Shown: positions 28,226 to 38,387, counted from the stretch's first letter. The stretch: DNA of 42,957 nt from an uncultured Bacteroidales bacterium (GCA_947177315.1 CAMWTX010000001.1:1-42957), one strand, 5' to 3'. The notes: generated by a model from the letters alone, not told the origin. Made by a program: numbers and translations.

Positions 28226-29851
28226 TTATTTGCTTATTTTAAACGAGACCGGTTGATTTCCTTTTGTTTTTACACAAACCACATAGATACCCGCCGGATA
28301 GGCGGCAAGGTCGAGGATCTCTGTCCTGGCGCGCAGTACGCACTGTCCCGACATGGAGAAGACATCGGCGTATTCCAGCATCCCTTCCACGCCCGAAATA
28401 CCGAAACGCTGACTTCCGTCCTGAAGGCGGTTCACGCGGATGTTTTCCGCAAAGTTTGCCGGATTGTTGGCGACAGGGGCGTTCTGGTCTATCTCGATGG
28501 CGTTCTTGGCCGTGGTGTCGTAGGTATAGGTGCGGCCCGAAACGGGGCTGGTGTAAATGATTTTGGCCTGCACATTGTATTTACCCTCAAAAGGATAGGA
28601 AACGCTTATTTCTTTTCCCTCCGCCGTAAAAAGGTTGCTGCCAAAGAGACTCCACGTACAGGTGTCGGCTTCTGAAAGCAGACGTATCTTTATGTTTCTG
28701 TTAGGTTTAGCCACAGAAGGGGTGATGGAGAACTTGGGATACACGTTCAAGACCGAAATCACGTTTTCCTTACGGATGGTGCTGGTCTTGCCGTTTCGGG
28801 TAACCGTGAGCGTGGTGGCGAAATTTCCCGGTGTGTTGTAGAATACGGTGGGGGAGGCCAGATCCGAAACCGCCGGCTCGCCGCCTTCGAATACCCAATG
28901 GTAGGAATCTACGGTTCCGAAGGTATTGTCGTAATAACGGGCCGATTGGCGGTCGGCTATCTCGGCGTTGCGGTTGTGGAAGTCGGCGTCGGATACATTT
29001 CCGTCTTCGATATGCGTGTAATCGCCTTCTCCCAAGTAAATCCGGGCGGTCTGCAACACGGTATTGTCTTTCCGCGGACGGATTTTTCCGTTATAAAGTG
29101 TGTCGTAACCTCTTACCGTTTCATCCTGGATAAAAACCACCAGGTTGCCGTTCTTTACCGGAAAACGGCTTTTGGCGTAGTCGGCGCCGAAACGGAACGA
29201 CAAATCGGCGTTTCCCTTGTCATCCAGTTCCACCATCGTTCCCTCCTGGTTGGGATACATAAACGTAAGAGCGTGGTTTACTTCGGATTGATTATACCAT
29301 TTATAGACCAAATGGTCTTGCGTAAAGGCAAGATAAAGGCGTATCCGGCGGTCAATATCCGGTGCAACACGCTGTATATGAACGTTTATTGAGAAACTGT
29401 CGCGCGAATGCATGCGGTCGGGAAAATGTGCTACCTCCAGTTTCAGTTCGTAGGGGGTCTTTCGGCTGGCGGCCTCTTCGATGGATTGCCGTATCTTGTT
29501 TGTTTTCTCAACTTTTTTACCGTTTACAAAGGCCGAAGGCAAGGATTGGACGGTATCGTAATAGCCGCTGCGCCCATAGGCATCGTAGTTGTAGAGAAAG
29601 GCCACTTCGGGGCGGGTTTCGCCGATATGGTAGCCCACAATCGCCATATTTTCAATCTGTTTTGCTATTGCAACAAGGCTGTCTGTAAGTGCGGGACAAT
29701 TGTTGCACCAGGTGCCGCCGAAATCTTCCACCAATACAAAGCCATAGGGTACGCTGTCTTGCGTGGCGGCCAAGGCATTTCTTGATGGCACAGCCATTAA
29801 AGCGCTGAACATCAAGAAAAACATAAGATGTTTGTTGCGTCTGTCTTTCAT
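28226..29851 (-). CDS. secreted Omp28-like thioredoxin-fold protein (WCNNCP) with PKD-like domain and T9SS C-terminal domain
   Basis: Signal-like N-terminus. VLVEDFGGTWCNNCPAL CxxC block. PKD-like segment (FEGGEPAVSDLASPTVFYNTPGNFATTLTVT). CTD: ADVFSMSGQCVL...GIYVVCVKTKGNQPVSFKISK. It is 7 nt upstream of the next gene, which implies an operon. Confidence 0.8.
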   Translation of the reverse strand: MKDRRNKHLMFFLMFSALMAVPSRNALAATQDSVPYGFVLVEDFGGTWCNNCPALTDSLVAIAKQIENMAIVGYHIGETRPEVAFLYNYDAYGRSGYYDTVQSLPSAFVNGKKVEKTNKIRQSIEEAASRKTPYELKLEVAHFPDRMHSRDSFSINVHIQRVAPDIDRRIRLYLAFTQDHLVYKWYNQSEVNHALTFMYPNQEGTMVELDDKGNADLSFRFGADYAKSRFPVKNGNLVVFIQDETVRGYDTLYNGKIRPRKDNTVLQTARIYLGEGDYTHIEDGNVSDADFHNRNAEIADRQSARYYDNTFGTVDSYHWVFEGGEPAVSDLASPTVFYNTPGNFATTLTVTRNGKTSTIRKENVISVLNVYPKFSITPSVAKPNRNIKIRLLSEADTCTWSLFGSNLFTAEGKEISVSYPFEGKYNVQAKIIYTSPVSGRTYTYDTTAKNAIEIDQNAPVANNPANFAENIRVNRLQDGSQRFGISGVEGMLEYADVFSMSGQCVLRARTEILDLAAYPAGIYVVCVKTKGNQPVSFKISK

Positions 29852-30307
29852 TTTTAATACAAGGTATTATAGAAATCGTAAAGGTAAAGATACAATATGG
29901 AAGTTAAAAATATCCGATGAGCCAAAAAAAGTTTTATAAGCTTTTGAAAAATTTTCTTGACAAAGCATCCCCCGATTGTTTTTAAATTATTTATAATAAA
30001 TAAGATAATTATCATTTGAGAGGGTTTTCAAGGCTTTACCTTTGGGGGCGGCAGCCCGTAAGGAGGCTTTTTTACGCCGATATTTCCGCCGCTCTTTTTA
30101 TGGTTCTTTTAATAATTTGTATTTTTGTTTTTTAATGGGATGCGAAATGAAATGTTGCGATAAGGTTACAGAAAGTTTTCACCCCTTATTATACAACTTC
30201 GGTAAAGAAAAAGTAAAATTGCAAATGAAGGATTGGAGTACGACGATACGATTCTGCTGAACAGCCTCACGGAAAAAACGCTTGTACTCCGCAAAAATAA
30301 TCATAAA

Positions 30308-33300
30308 ATGAAAAGATTTTCTTTGTTTTTGGTGTGCCTGTTGGCAACGGTGGGTATGACTCAGGCGGGATTGCCACTCAAGTCTTACACCCTGCAGAAA
30401 ACAGAATCGGTGTCATTGCACGTGTTTTCGGACGATGCCACGACCATCGATTATCTCAAGAATGGCGACACTTTGGGCATTGCAAGCTATGACGCTTTGG
30501 TTTTCTTAGGAGACAACTCCCTAGAAAAGAAAGTCAAACAATCCGACAATTTTGCACCGGTAAAAAGTGGCTTACGAGATATAGGCTTTTCGTTTCCAAT
30601 AGAAAACAATACTTTTACCAAGTTTGGTATTTCTGGAAATGGTTTTATTTCTTTTGGAGATACTGCCCTTTCTTTGGGATTGCTTGATGGAAGACTGAAT
30701 GGAAACAGAACAGGCGAGAACTTTTGGGGTGTCTATTTGATGACTGGGGAACCGGGAGATAAGGGACAGAATATGGTATATGCTGAGAACAACACCAAAA
30801 GATATATAGTTACTCCGGCTTTGATTTTGGTGGGTTCGGACACCAAGATACAATATGAAACCATAAACGATACGCTGTATATCGGTTTTGAAAAATTGCA
30901 TGTTCTCGATAATGAGGGTAACCATAAACTTACCGCCACCTATCAGTATGCGGTGGAAGCCGGTGGTACAATATCCCTGTTGATAGGCAATATTGTTCCT
31001 GAAGAAGAAGAAAAGTATTTCCTCCGTACGGTTTTCGCTTCCAGCAACACAATGCTGGTTCTCAATTTTGAAGAAGAGGATCTGAATCCTTGGGGTGGCA
31101 CTCCGTCTATAGTTTTGGGAGTAGCTTCGAGCCAATATAGCAATACCAAATACTCAATGGTTCCTCCGCTTCCTTGTTCCGCCATCAATGATTTTTCCAT
31201 CGATTGGACCGGCAAGATAACCGCCGCCCCCGATATGATTTCATTTGAATATGACTTTTACGACACAGAAAAGGCCACCAATCTGTTGATGGTTCTCTCC
31301 ACTTCGGATGCGGCTTTGAAAAGCAAGCTGACCGACAAAAAGACATATCTCGATTCACATAAAATCGACAATTTCCCTGTCCGTGTGGCTCAAAACGGCT
31401 ACGCTAGGAATTTTACCGACCTAACGCCGAGCACCACCTATTGGCTGCATGTTTTTCCCTATAACACCAACTGCGCCGACGGCCCCATCTACGGCCAGGA
31501 AATCATACAGCCCGTCACCACCTCCCTGACTTCTTTGGGCGGCATAGCGGTTACTTCCATCAACGGGGATACGATAGACTTGGCTGTTTCGGCCGGAAAC
31601 TCAAAATATATCCTCGGGGTTTCGAATACCAAGATATACAATTACAGAGCCCAACCCATAAGCGGAATACTGAAAGACGGCATATCCCATCAAACCGGCG
31701 ATATCATCCCCTTCCGATATAGCGAAAACAGTGTTGAGGTATCGGCGGATATCAAGATTCTTGCCGTGAACGCTACCGATACCACCTTCAGAATGACCGG
31801 CGCCGAAGCGGGAAAGGATTATTTCTTCTACGCCTGGGCTATGAACGGAGAGGGAGAAAACACCAGGTATTCTTTCGATTATGTGGAAGCTTCCGGCAGA
31901 ACGACAACCGAAACGCCTGTCGTTCTCGATTTTGCGGGCAAGGAAATGCTGGATCTGCCTGCCGGATGGTCATCGTCGGTTGTTGACGGGGACAAGAATT
32001 TTTCGATAACGACTTATTCAAGAGTCTGGGATGCTCCCGTATTGGCATGCGAGCATTTCTATACCGAATCCACCACGGGCACGGCTTCCGCCTGGACGGT
32101 TTCGCCCTGGTTCAAAGGCTCCGGAAACATGCAGGCTGTTTTCAATGTAACTTTCTATACGCATATTTATAGTCAGTTGGAGGGATCTTCCCCCGCTTTT
32201 TCCAAATCCATAAATGCTTCCGACTCGGTGGTTTTCCAGATTCAGGAAAAAGGCGAGGAAGGTTGGCATACGATAGGACGTATCAACAGCGGCAGTACTT
32301 GGAAAGCGGCTTTCAACGAAATCATATCGGATGCTTTTGCTCCGGCAAATGAATTCCGTTTCCGTATTGTCTTCTACCAAGACGCCCAAACGGCATCCGC
32401 CACCTCGGATGGACGTTATTTCGCCATAAAAAGCCTGGGGATTGAAAAAGCCAATTCCTGCATGTATCCGGTGGATATCGTTGTGCCGGAAGACAGCATG
32501 GGCTACCGTTCGGCCAAAATCATGTGGACAGACCCCGGCGAAGGCTGGAACAACTCCTACGTTGTAAAATACCGTGAGGCTGAGGCGGATGATGAAACCG
32601 GTTGGTACACGGTAAGGGTCAACGAACCGCAGGCGGTTTTGAGCGGATTGAAGACGGGAACGGACTATGTGGCGGAAATCAATACCTTATGTTCGGCGGA
32701 TGAATCGTCGCTTGCCAAAAGTATTTCTTTCAAAACCGCCAGAAATATCGTGTATGAAGAAAAAGATTTCAACGCGAGTCTGTCTGAATTGGGATACCTT
32801 TCGTTGAAAGGCAATCTGGGTTCGGAACTGAGGCCCGCCGCAGACGGCGAACGGAACTGGTTTGTCTTCAAGGATGAAACCGCAGATGGTGAACCTTCCG
32901 TAGTGATGATCGACAAAATGACGAATGCCGCCAACAGCTGGCTGGTGCTTCCGGTGCTTTTTGCCGGTTCCGACGGCAAGGTAAAACTCACGGTGGGCAT
33001 GTCGGCTTGGCTCGATGATGCAAGCGGTGCCGAAAAAGAAAGGAAAGCGGCCACCGGCATCGACCACGACACGCTCTTTATCTACCGTTCGGCCAACAAA
33101 ACCTTTACCGCCGAATCTGAAATCGTGGGCAAAGTGATTTTGGATAACCTTACCCCCCAATACCAAAATCTGGAATTCGAGTTTGAAGTGGAAGCCGCCT
33201 CTCCCAACGTATTCGCTTTTTATTTCCGCAAAATTGCCGATAACGGCAACAACGACAACGAAAGCAGCCTGGGCATCAATCTGATTAAGTTCGAATATAC

Positions 33301-34117
33301 CCAGGCCGAGTTTCCGGAAATACAGAATCTGCGCTTCTCCAACGTTACCATGTCCGGTCTTACCGTACATTGGGAAGGCGAGGCGGAAAGCTACGCCTTG
33401 CTGTACAAGAAACGCGGGGCTGAAAAATACGATACTCTCTATACCGAAAATACCGAATACACCCTTACAGGATTGGATGCTGAAACCGTCTATAGTTTCT
33501 GTGTGTTCGGCTATTACGGCGCGGACCGCACCTTGCCCGGCCCTGTATCGAAAGAACGTTCCATCGTTACCGCTTCCGCGCCTTCTTGCGGCACGCCCAC
33601 CGATTTGGTTTCGGAATACGATGCGGAAGCCAACACGGCCACTTTGAGTTGGAAACCGGGCGAAAGCAATAATGGCAATACCATTGTTTATGTCCGTATG
33701 GCGAGCACACAGACGTATGATTCCGTTGTGGCACCGGAATCCTCCCATGTTCTGCAAAACCTGCAGACCAATGTGGTTTACCATTGGTGCGTTCGGGCGG
33801 TCTGCAATTCCACCTACTATAGCGAATTGAGCGATGAAGCGGAATTCAAGACGGCAGGTGTGGCGAACGCCGCTCTGGATTACGCACGTGGTCTGGTTAT
33901 CCGCGTGAACGGCCGCCAGATTGTGGTGGAAAACGCCTCCCGCCATTTCATCAAGACACTGAATGTTTACAGCGCTACGGGAATCCTGCTCAGAACCTAT
34001 GCCGCCAATACCGACGGTAATGTGTTTATCCCGACCGACCTCAACCAAGGCATGGTCATCATCGAAGCCGTAGGTTCCGGTGCGGAAAGGTTCGCCGTTA
34101 AAGCGGTCATCATGTAA
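30308..34117 (+). CDS. giant FN3-rich secreted protein with T9SS C-terminal domain
   Basis: I prefer the start at MKRFSLFLVCLLATVGMTQAG (30308) over the ORF-track ATG at 30233. At least three FN3-like modules (e.g. RSAKIMWTDPGEGWNNSYVVKYRE...GLKTGTDYVAEINTLC, MSGLTVHWEGEAESYALLYKK, ANTATLSWKPGESNNGNTIVYVR). CTD: LNVYSATGILLRTY...GMVIIEAVGSGAERFAVKAVIM. Confidence 0.85.
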   Translation: MKRFSLFLVCLLATVGMTQAGLPLKSYTLQKTESVSLHVFSDDATTIDYLKNGDTLGIASYDALVFLGDNSLEKKVKQSDNFAPVKSGLRDIGFSFPIENNTFTKFGISGNGFISFGDTALSLGLLDGRLNGNRTGENFWGVYLMTGEPGDKGQNMVYAENNTKRYIVTPALILVGSDTKIQYETINDTLYIGFEKLHVLDNEGNHKLTATYQYAVEAGGTISLLIGNIVPEEEEKYFLRTVFASSNTMLVLNFEEEDLNPWGGTPSIVLGVASSQYSNTKYSMVPPLPCSAINDFSIDWTGKITAAPDMISFEYDFYDTEKATNLLMVLSTSDAALKSKLTDKKTYLDSHKIDNFPVRVAQNGYARNFTDLTPSTTYWLHVFPYNTNCADGPIYGQEIIQPVTTSLTSLGGIAVTSINGDTIDLAVSAGNSKYILGVSNTKIYNYRAQPISGILKDGISHQTGDIIPFRYSENSVEVSADIKILAVNATDTTFRMTGAEAGKDYFFYAWAMNGEGENTRYSFDYVEASGRTTTETPVVLDFAGKEMLDLPAGWSSSVVDGDKNFSITTYSRVWDAPVLACEHFYTESTTGTASAWTVSPWFKGSGNMQAVFNVTFYTHIYSQLEGSSPAFSKSINASDSVVFQIQEKGEEGWHTIGRINSGSTWKAAFNEIISDAFAPANEFRFRIVFYQDAQTASATSDGRYFAIKSLGIEKANSCMYPVDIVVPEDSMGYRSAKIMWTDPGEGWNNSYVVKYREAEADDETGWYTVRVNEPQAVLSGLKTGTDYVAEINTLCSADESSLAKSISFKTARNIVYEEKDFNASLSELGYLSLKGNLGSELRPAADGERNWFVFKDETADGEPSVVMIDKMTNAANSWLVLPVLFAGSDGKVKLTVGMSAWLDDASGAEKERKAATGIDHDTLFIYRSANKTFTAESEIVGKVILDNLTPQYQNLEFEFEVEAASPNVFAFYFRKIADNGNNDNESSLGINLIKFEYTQAEFPEIQNLRFSNVTMSGLTVHWEGEAESYALLYKKRGAEKYDTLYTENTEYTLTGLDAETVYSFCVFGYYGADRTLPGPVSKERSIVTASAPSCGTPTDLVSEYDAEANTATLSWKPGESNNGNTIVYVRMASTQTYDSVVAPESSHVLQNLQTNVVYHWCVRAVCNSTYYSELSDEAEFKTAGVANAALDYARGLVIRVNGRQIVVENASRHFIKTLNVYSATGILLRTYAANTDGNVFIPTDLNQGMVIIEAVGSGAERFAVKAVIM

Positions 34118-34179
34118 AATCGGGAAAGCCCCCCAAGGGTTTTCTTTAAAAGAAATAGAAACAACAAAAACCAAACAGA

Positions 34180-37100
34180 ATGAAATTTATCAAAACCATG
34201 ATTCTCGCCGGTTTCCTTTTAGGAACGGTGGGTATGTGTCTTCAGGCTCAGGAGCAGCCTCAAGACCGTGTCTTTCAGGGAAAGAAAGCCAAGATGATTG
34301 TGCTTGAAAGTCTGGCGGGCACAAATATGGTCAACTTATCCCGGAACGAAAAATATATCTATGGGGATCTCGGTGAGGGCGGCGAAGCCGGGTACATCTA
34401 TGAGATCGCTACCGGAACACTTAAGGTTTATGAAGGGTTCAGTTTTGCCGAAGTAATCGATACGAACAACTACGTGGCTTCGAACCATATCATGAAGAAT
34501 GGCCGGCGCATAGAATTCAAGAAACAAAATCTTCCCACCGACAGAGAACACGACTATGGTGCCAGTTGTGCCTCGGCGGACCTGAACGTGATCAGTTACG
34601 ACACCTATATCGGAGCCAATTATGTGTCGGTGATTTTTGACGGAGAAGGCAACATCATCGATACCATGCCTCATTTTGAACCGAATCTCGGTGGCGGCTA
34701 CGGTTCGTTTGTCATGGCAATGACGCCCGACGGCATGATGATGGCCGGACGTACTTCGATGGCGGAAGCCCATACCAATTTTACGCCCGCCATTTGGGAC
34801 CGGTATGCCGACAAGACCGTTGCTACTACCATCGGCGATGTCTTGGACGATGACTGCCTGTTGGACGGTACGATGTACGGCATCAATGACGAAGGCACCA
34901 TTGCCGTAGGGGAATTAACCTCTCTACCTTATTGGGTTGAATACAACAAATCCAACCAGCAATACAAAATGAATGAGATTCCCACCTTTCCCGGATATCA
35001 GATAGGATGGGGTTCCATGATTCAGGACAGTACCGTGTTGGGTATGGATCAATTGGACCATGTTTCCGTCTATGAACGTGTTCCTTGGCTGTATAATATC
35101 AAGTCGAAAGAAAAGGTTAGTTTCCATGACCATTTGCTGTACCGTTACGGTTTGGAAGAAAACGATATTTACCCCTACTTCACGGTGAGGTGTTTCTCGA
35201 AAAATCACAAAATCTTTGTCGGTTTCAGTTATAATGTAGCCTGGTATCCTTATTTGATTATTCTGGAAGACGAACAGGTGCATCCCGTGGTGCGTAATGT
35301 ATCGATTCATCAACCGTACAAGCAGCCTTATGTACAGTTGAATTGGGAAGCTCCCCTCAACGGCGATTACACCGTGGCGGGATACAAGGTTTACTGCGAC
35401 AGTGTGTGCATCGCAACCATCGAGGATGCCAAAACCCTGTCTTACAGGCATAACGATGTAATTCCCGGTATCCATAACTATCAGGTTCAGGCTTTTTATA
35501 CCGATGGAGAAGCTTCCGACTACAGTCCGGAAAAGAAAATCTTCACCGTGGATGAAAACGGATGTTTGCCCGTTCAGGAAATAAACGCTAAAGTTATTTA
35601 CAACCGCACAATAGATCTTACTTGGGGCCGACCTTCGGCAAATATCCTTCAAAAATCGGCGGCGCCCGCCATCAGGAAGGAAGAAAGAACCTCGGTGGCG
35701 AAAGGTGGCGCAGCACGCGAACCCAAATATATGGTGGACGGCAAGCTCGACTATGTGAGCCTGATGGATATGCTCAGCGAACATGCCGCCGTTGGCGTAC
35801 GTGCAACAAACGGTTATCTGTATGTGGGCAATTACCGTACCAATATAATTTCCGTTTACAATGCCATTTCGGGCAATCTGATGAGGCAGGTGGAAGTGGA
35901 CAACCTGTACGGCATGTTCGACATGACCTACCACAACAACACGCTTTATTGCGTTGGAGCCGACTCCAAGAACATTACCATGTTGAGCATAAACCCGAGG
36001 GATCCCTACGACATTACATTTGCCGGTACTATTCAGACCCCGACAAATTTGACCCACATTTCCTATCTGGAAGGATTGAACGATGGCGAAGATATGATTA
36101 TGACCGGTAACTTCAACACCATCAAGTTCTATAAAGGCGATGCCGCGATAGCGTCCGATACGGCTGATTTCCACAAAACTTTCGACATCAAAGGCATGAC
36201 GATTATCGGAACGGCCTACCACAATGGACGTCTCTTTATCGCCAACCAGCATGACGGCAACAGTTCCCTGGTTGAAACTTTCGATTGGGAAACCGGCAAG
36301 CATTTGTTCACTACCGACTTGGTGGCCATTCCCGCCTTGGCTGAAGTTGTAGCGGCCTCCCAAGGTTATTCCGCCTTGATGTCCGGTATCAGTATCGGAC
36401 AGCTGGAAGACGGAACGGTGGTTCTGGATGCCATGGTTCAACCCTTGGTGGCATATAACCAATTGGTTACGGTTGAAGTGGAAAGTTCTCCGGATGTAAA
36501 GGGTTTTATCGTTTACCGAGACGGCGTAAAAGTGAGCGACACGGTGAAAGCCCGTCATTTCTCGGAAGTAATCTTTGAGCCGGGAACATACGCTTATACG
36601 GTTGAGTATATTTCTGAGAACTGTTCGATAAAATCGGACGGCTTTGCCGTAGATTCGGCAACGATCGTTCCTATCGGAACCTGTATGCCTCCCACTCAGG
36701 TGAAAGTGTTCGAATCGAACGAAATCGCTTGTCTTTCCTGGGATGTTCCCAGCAAAGTGACCGATCCCAATATCGTAGGCTTTAATGTTTACCGCAACGG
36801 CGAACAACTTTGTGAACGTGTGTTGGAACTTCGGTTCAACGATGAAGCAATAGAAAAAGGCAAAGAATATATCTACCGCGTGGAAGCCTTCTATGACAAT
36901 TCTTGCGTGGCTTCCGACTCGGTAAAGATTACGCCTACGTTCGAAGGTTATGCCGAAGCACCTGCGGCGGTAGCCGTAAAGGTCAATGAAAAAACGGAAA
37001 ACAATAGCAGCTATACCTCCACCACCACTTGGGACTTGCCCAACTTTGAAGAACCGATGGCCTTGGGCTATTGCGGAAGCGTACCGGGCGGAGTCATCAA

Positions 37101-38085
37101 TCTGGATGGAACCAACACTGTTTATGGTCTTATCGGTTGGACTCAGCTGGACAATGACCTCGAACCGTACAAAGACCTTTATATTGTAGGTATTGAGTTT
37201 ATGATCGGTGCGCCGGTAAACAGCATCAACGGGGTGGTATATATCGACAACCGTTTGGTTTGGAGCGAACCCATGAACCGTGTGAGCATACAGCAGTGGC
37301 ACAAGCATTTCTTCAAGAAGTCTTTCTCGATGAACCAAAAAGTGGAAATCGCCACAGGTTATGCTTTCTCTTTCAATTTGGAAAATACTACCGATGGTAT
37401 CATAGTTTATGATATGGGTCCTGCCGTAGCGAACAAAGGGGACATCCTTTCACCTGACGGTGTTGATATATACTCCCTGAAGGGTTCCGGTGTAGATGCC
37501 AACTTGATGATCAACGCCCTTGTGGTACGCAAACGTGATTTGGAACAGGCTTCCAAGATGGAAGATGGCATGGAATACCTCAAGACCAAGGCTTTCTCCA
37601 CGGGAGCTTTGAAGATTACCGAACCCAGGCCGATTCAAAACGCGCCCAAGACCACCAGCGAAAGCTACACTTTGAAAGGTTTCAACGTATATCGCGATGG
37701 CGAAAAACGGAACCAAGAACTTTTGAAAACTTTCAGCTTTGAAGATAACGGTTTGGTTGCCGGCGGTGAATACGAATATGTGGTATCTGCCGTTTATGCC
37801 GACCAAGAAGTGAAATCCGAAGGAGTTTGGATAAGCGGTGTGGCCAACAGCGAAGCCGAAGCCGTTTGCCCGGTATCCTTCCTGCCCAACCCGGTACAGG
37901 ATATGCTCTACATCAAGGGCGAATACGCTTCCTTGTCGCTTATCGACATGACCGGCCGCGTGGTTCTTTCCGATGTACGCAATGTTCAAAGCCTGCCGAT
38001 GGCCAACTTCCAGAGCGGTATCTACTTTGTGAAGGTAACCGCCGAAAACGGACAGGTTTACATTACCAAGATCGTGAAGAAGTAA
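34180..38085 (+). CDS. giant FN3/adhesin-like secreted protein with T9SS C-terminal domain
   Basis: Signal peptide MKFIKTMILAGFLLGTVGMCLQAQ. Repeated FN3-like modules of the type GYKVYCDS..., GFIVYRDGVKV..., GFNVYRNGEQL..., GFNVYRDGEKR... CTD: VSFLPNPVQDMLYIKGEYASLSLIDMTGRVV...GIYFVKVTAENGQVYITKIVKK. Confidence 0.85.
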   Translation: MKFIKTMILAGFLLGTVGMCLQAQEQPQDRVFQGKKAKMIVLESLAGTNMVNLSRNEKYIYGDLGEGGEAGYIYEIATGTLKVYEGFSFAEVIDTNNYVASNHIMKNGRRIEFKKQNLPTDREHDYGASCASADLNVISYDTYIGANYVSVIFDGEGNIIDTMPHFEPNLGGGYGSFVMAMTPDGMMMAGRTSMAEAHTNFTPAIWDRYADKTVATTIGDVLDDDCLLDGTMYGINDEGTIAVGELTSLPYWVEYNKSNQQYKMNEIPTFPGYQIGWGSMIQDSTVLGMDQLDHVSVYERVPWLYNIKSKEKVSFHDHLLYRYGLEENDIYPYFTVRCFSKNHKIFVGFSYNVAWYPYLIILEDEQVHPVVRNVSIHQPYKQPYVQLNWEAPLNGDYTVAGYKVYCDSVCIATIEDAKTLSYRHNDVIPGIHNYQVQAFYTDGEASDYSPEKKIFTVDENGCLPVQEINAKVIYNRTIDLTWGRPSANILQKSAAPAIRKEERTSVAKGGAAREPKYMVDGKLDYVSLMDMLSEHAAVGVRATNGYLYVGNYRTNIISVYNAISGNLMRQVEVDNLYGMFDMTYHNNTLYCVGADSKNITMLSINPRDPYDITFAGTIQTPTNLTHISYLEGLNDGEDMIMTGNFNTIKFYKGDAAIASDTADFHKTFDIKGMTIIGTAYHNGRLFIANQHDGNSSLVETFDWETGKHLFTTDLVAIPALAEVVAASQGYSALMSGISIGQLEDGTVVLDAMVQPLVAYNQLVTVEVESSPDVKGFIVYRDGVKVSDTVKARHFSEVIFEPGTYAYTVEYISENCSIKSDGFAVDSATIVPIGTCMPPTQVKVFESNEIACLSWDVPSKVTDPNIVGFNVYRNGEQLCERVLELRFNDEAIEKGKEYIYRVEAFYDNSCVASDSVKITPTFEGYAEAPAAVAVKVNEKTENNSSYTSTTTWDLPNFEEPMALGYCGSVPGGVINLDGTNTVYGLIGWTQLDNDLEPYKDLYIVGIEFMIGAPVNSINGVVYIDNRLVWSEPMNRVSIQQWHKHFFKKSFSMNQKVEIATGYAFSFNLENTTDGIIVYDMGPAVANKGDILSPDGVDIYSLKGSGVDANLMINALVVRKRDLEQASKMEDGMEYLKTKAFSTGALKITEPRPIQNAPKTTSESYTLKGFNVYRDGEKRNQELLKTFSFEDNGLVAGGEYEYVVSAVYADQEVKSEGVWISGVANSEAEAVCPVSFLPNPVQDMLYIKGEYASLSLIDMTGRVVLSDVRNVQSLPMANFQSGIYFVKVTAENGQVYITKIVKK

Positions 38086-38144
38086 AATGACTATTGAGCA
38101 GGCCTCGGTTGAGGTTTGTTAATTGATAGTTTGTGTTTCGGTTG

Positions 38145-38171
38145 AGCCCCCGCGAAAGCGGGGGCTTTTTT
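38145..38171 (+). terminator. rho-independent terminator
   Basis: AGCCCCCGC GAAA GCGGGGGCT forms a 9-bp GC-rich stem with a GAAA tetraloop, followed by a T-run. Confidence 0.9.
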
Positions 38172-38224
38172 ATGCTTATTCAACGGAACACGAGGGCGGT
38201 ATTTGCAATTCAAAAGAAAAAGCC

Positions 38225-38232
38225 TATCTTTG
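38225..38232 (+). promoter_or_regulatory. candidate -7 box TATCTTTG upstream of tRNA-Lys
   Basis: TAnnTTTG match 78 nt upstream of the tRNA 5' end. This would imply a long leader. Confidence 0.3.
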
Positions 38233-38309
38233 CAACCCCTTTCCGATGGAACCCGGACGATAGAGCCGGTAAGTCGGAGAGCCCTTTCAAGACCAAATAT
38301 ATTTCCGGA

Positions 38310-38382
38310 GGTCACGTAGCTCAGCCGGTAGAGCACATCCCTTTTAAGGATGGGGCCCTGGGTTCGAATCCCAGCGTGACCA
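38310..38382 (+). tRNA. tRNA-Lys (anticodon UUU)
   Basis: Hand-folded 73-nt cloverleaf. Acceptor GGTCACG/CGTGACC, D arm GCTC-AGCCGGTA-GAGC, anticodon arm CATCC-CTTTTAA-GGATG, T arm CTGGG-TTCGAAT-CCCAG, discriminator A. CCA is not encoded. Confidence 0.95.
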
Positions 38383-38387
38383 CAGAC

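Noticed and set aside
30042-30307. A 72-aa ORF (30042-30260) and the upstream ATG at 30233 for the FN3 giant.
   Set aside because: The region is AT-rich promoter-like sequence. The small ORF is Cys/Phe-rich with no features. The protein only acquires a proper signal peptide from the ATG at 30308.
18075-38382. The T9SS cargo block as a tRNA-Lys-integrated genomic island.
   Set aside because: There is no integrase, recombinase or mobility gene. I found no direct repeat of the tRNA-Lys 3' end anywhere in the window. Only the compositional hint remains, and that is reported separately.
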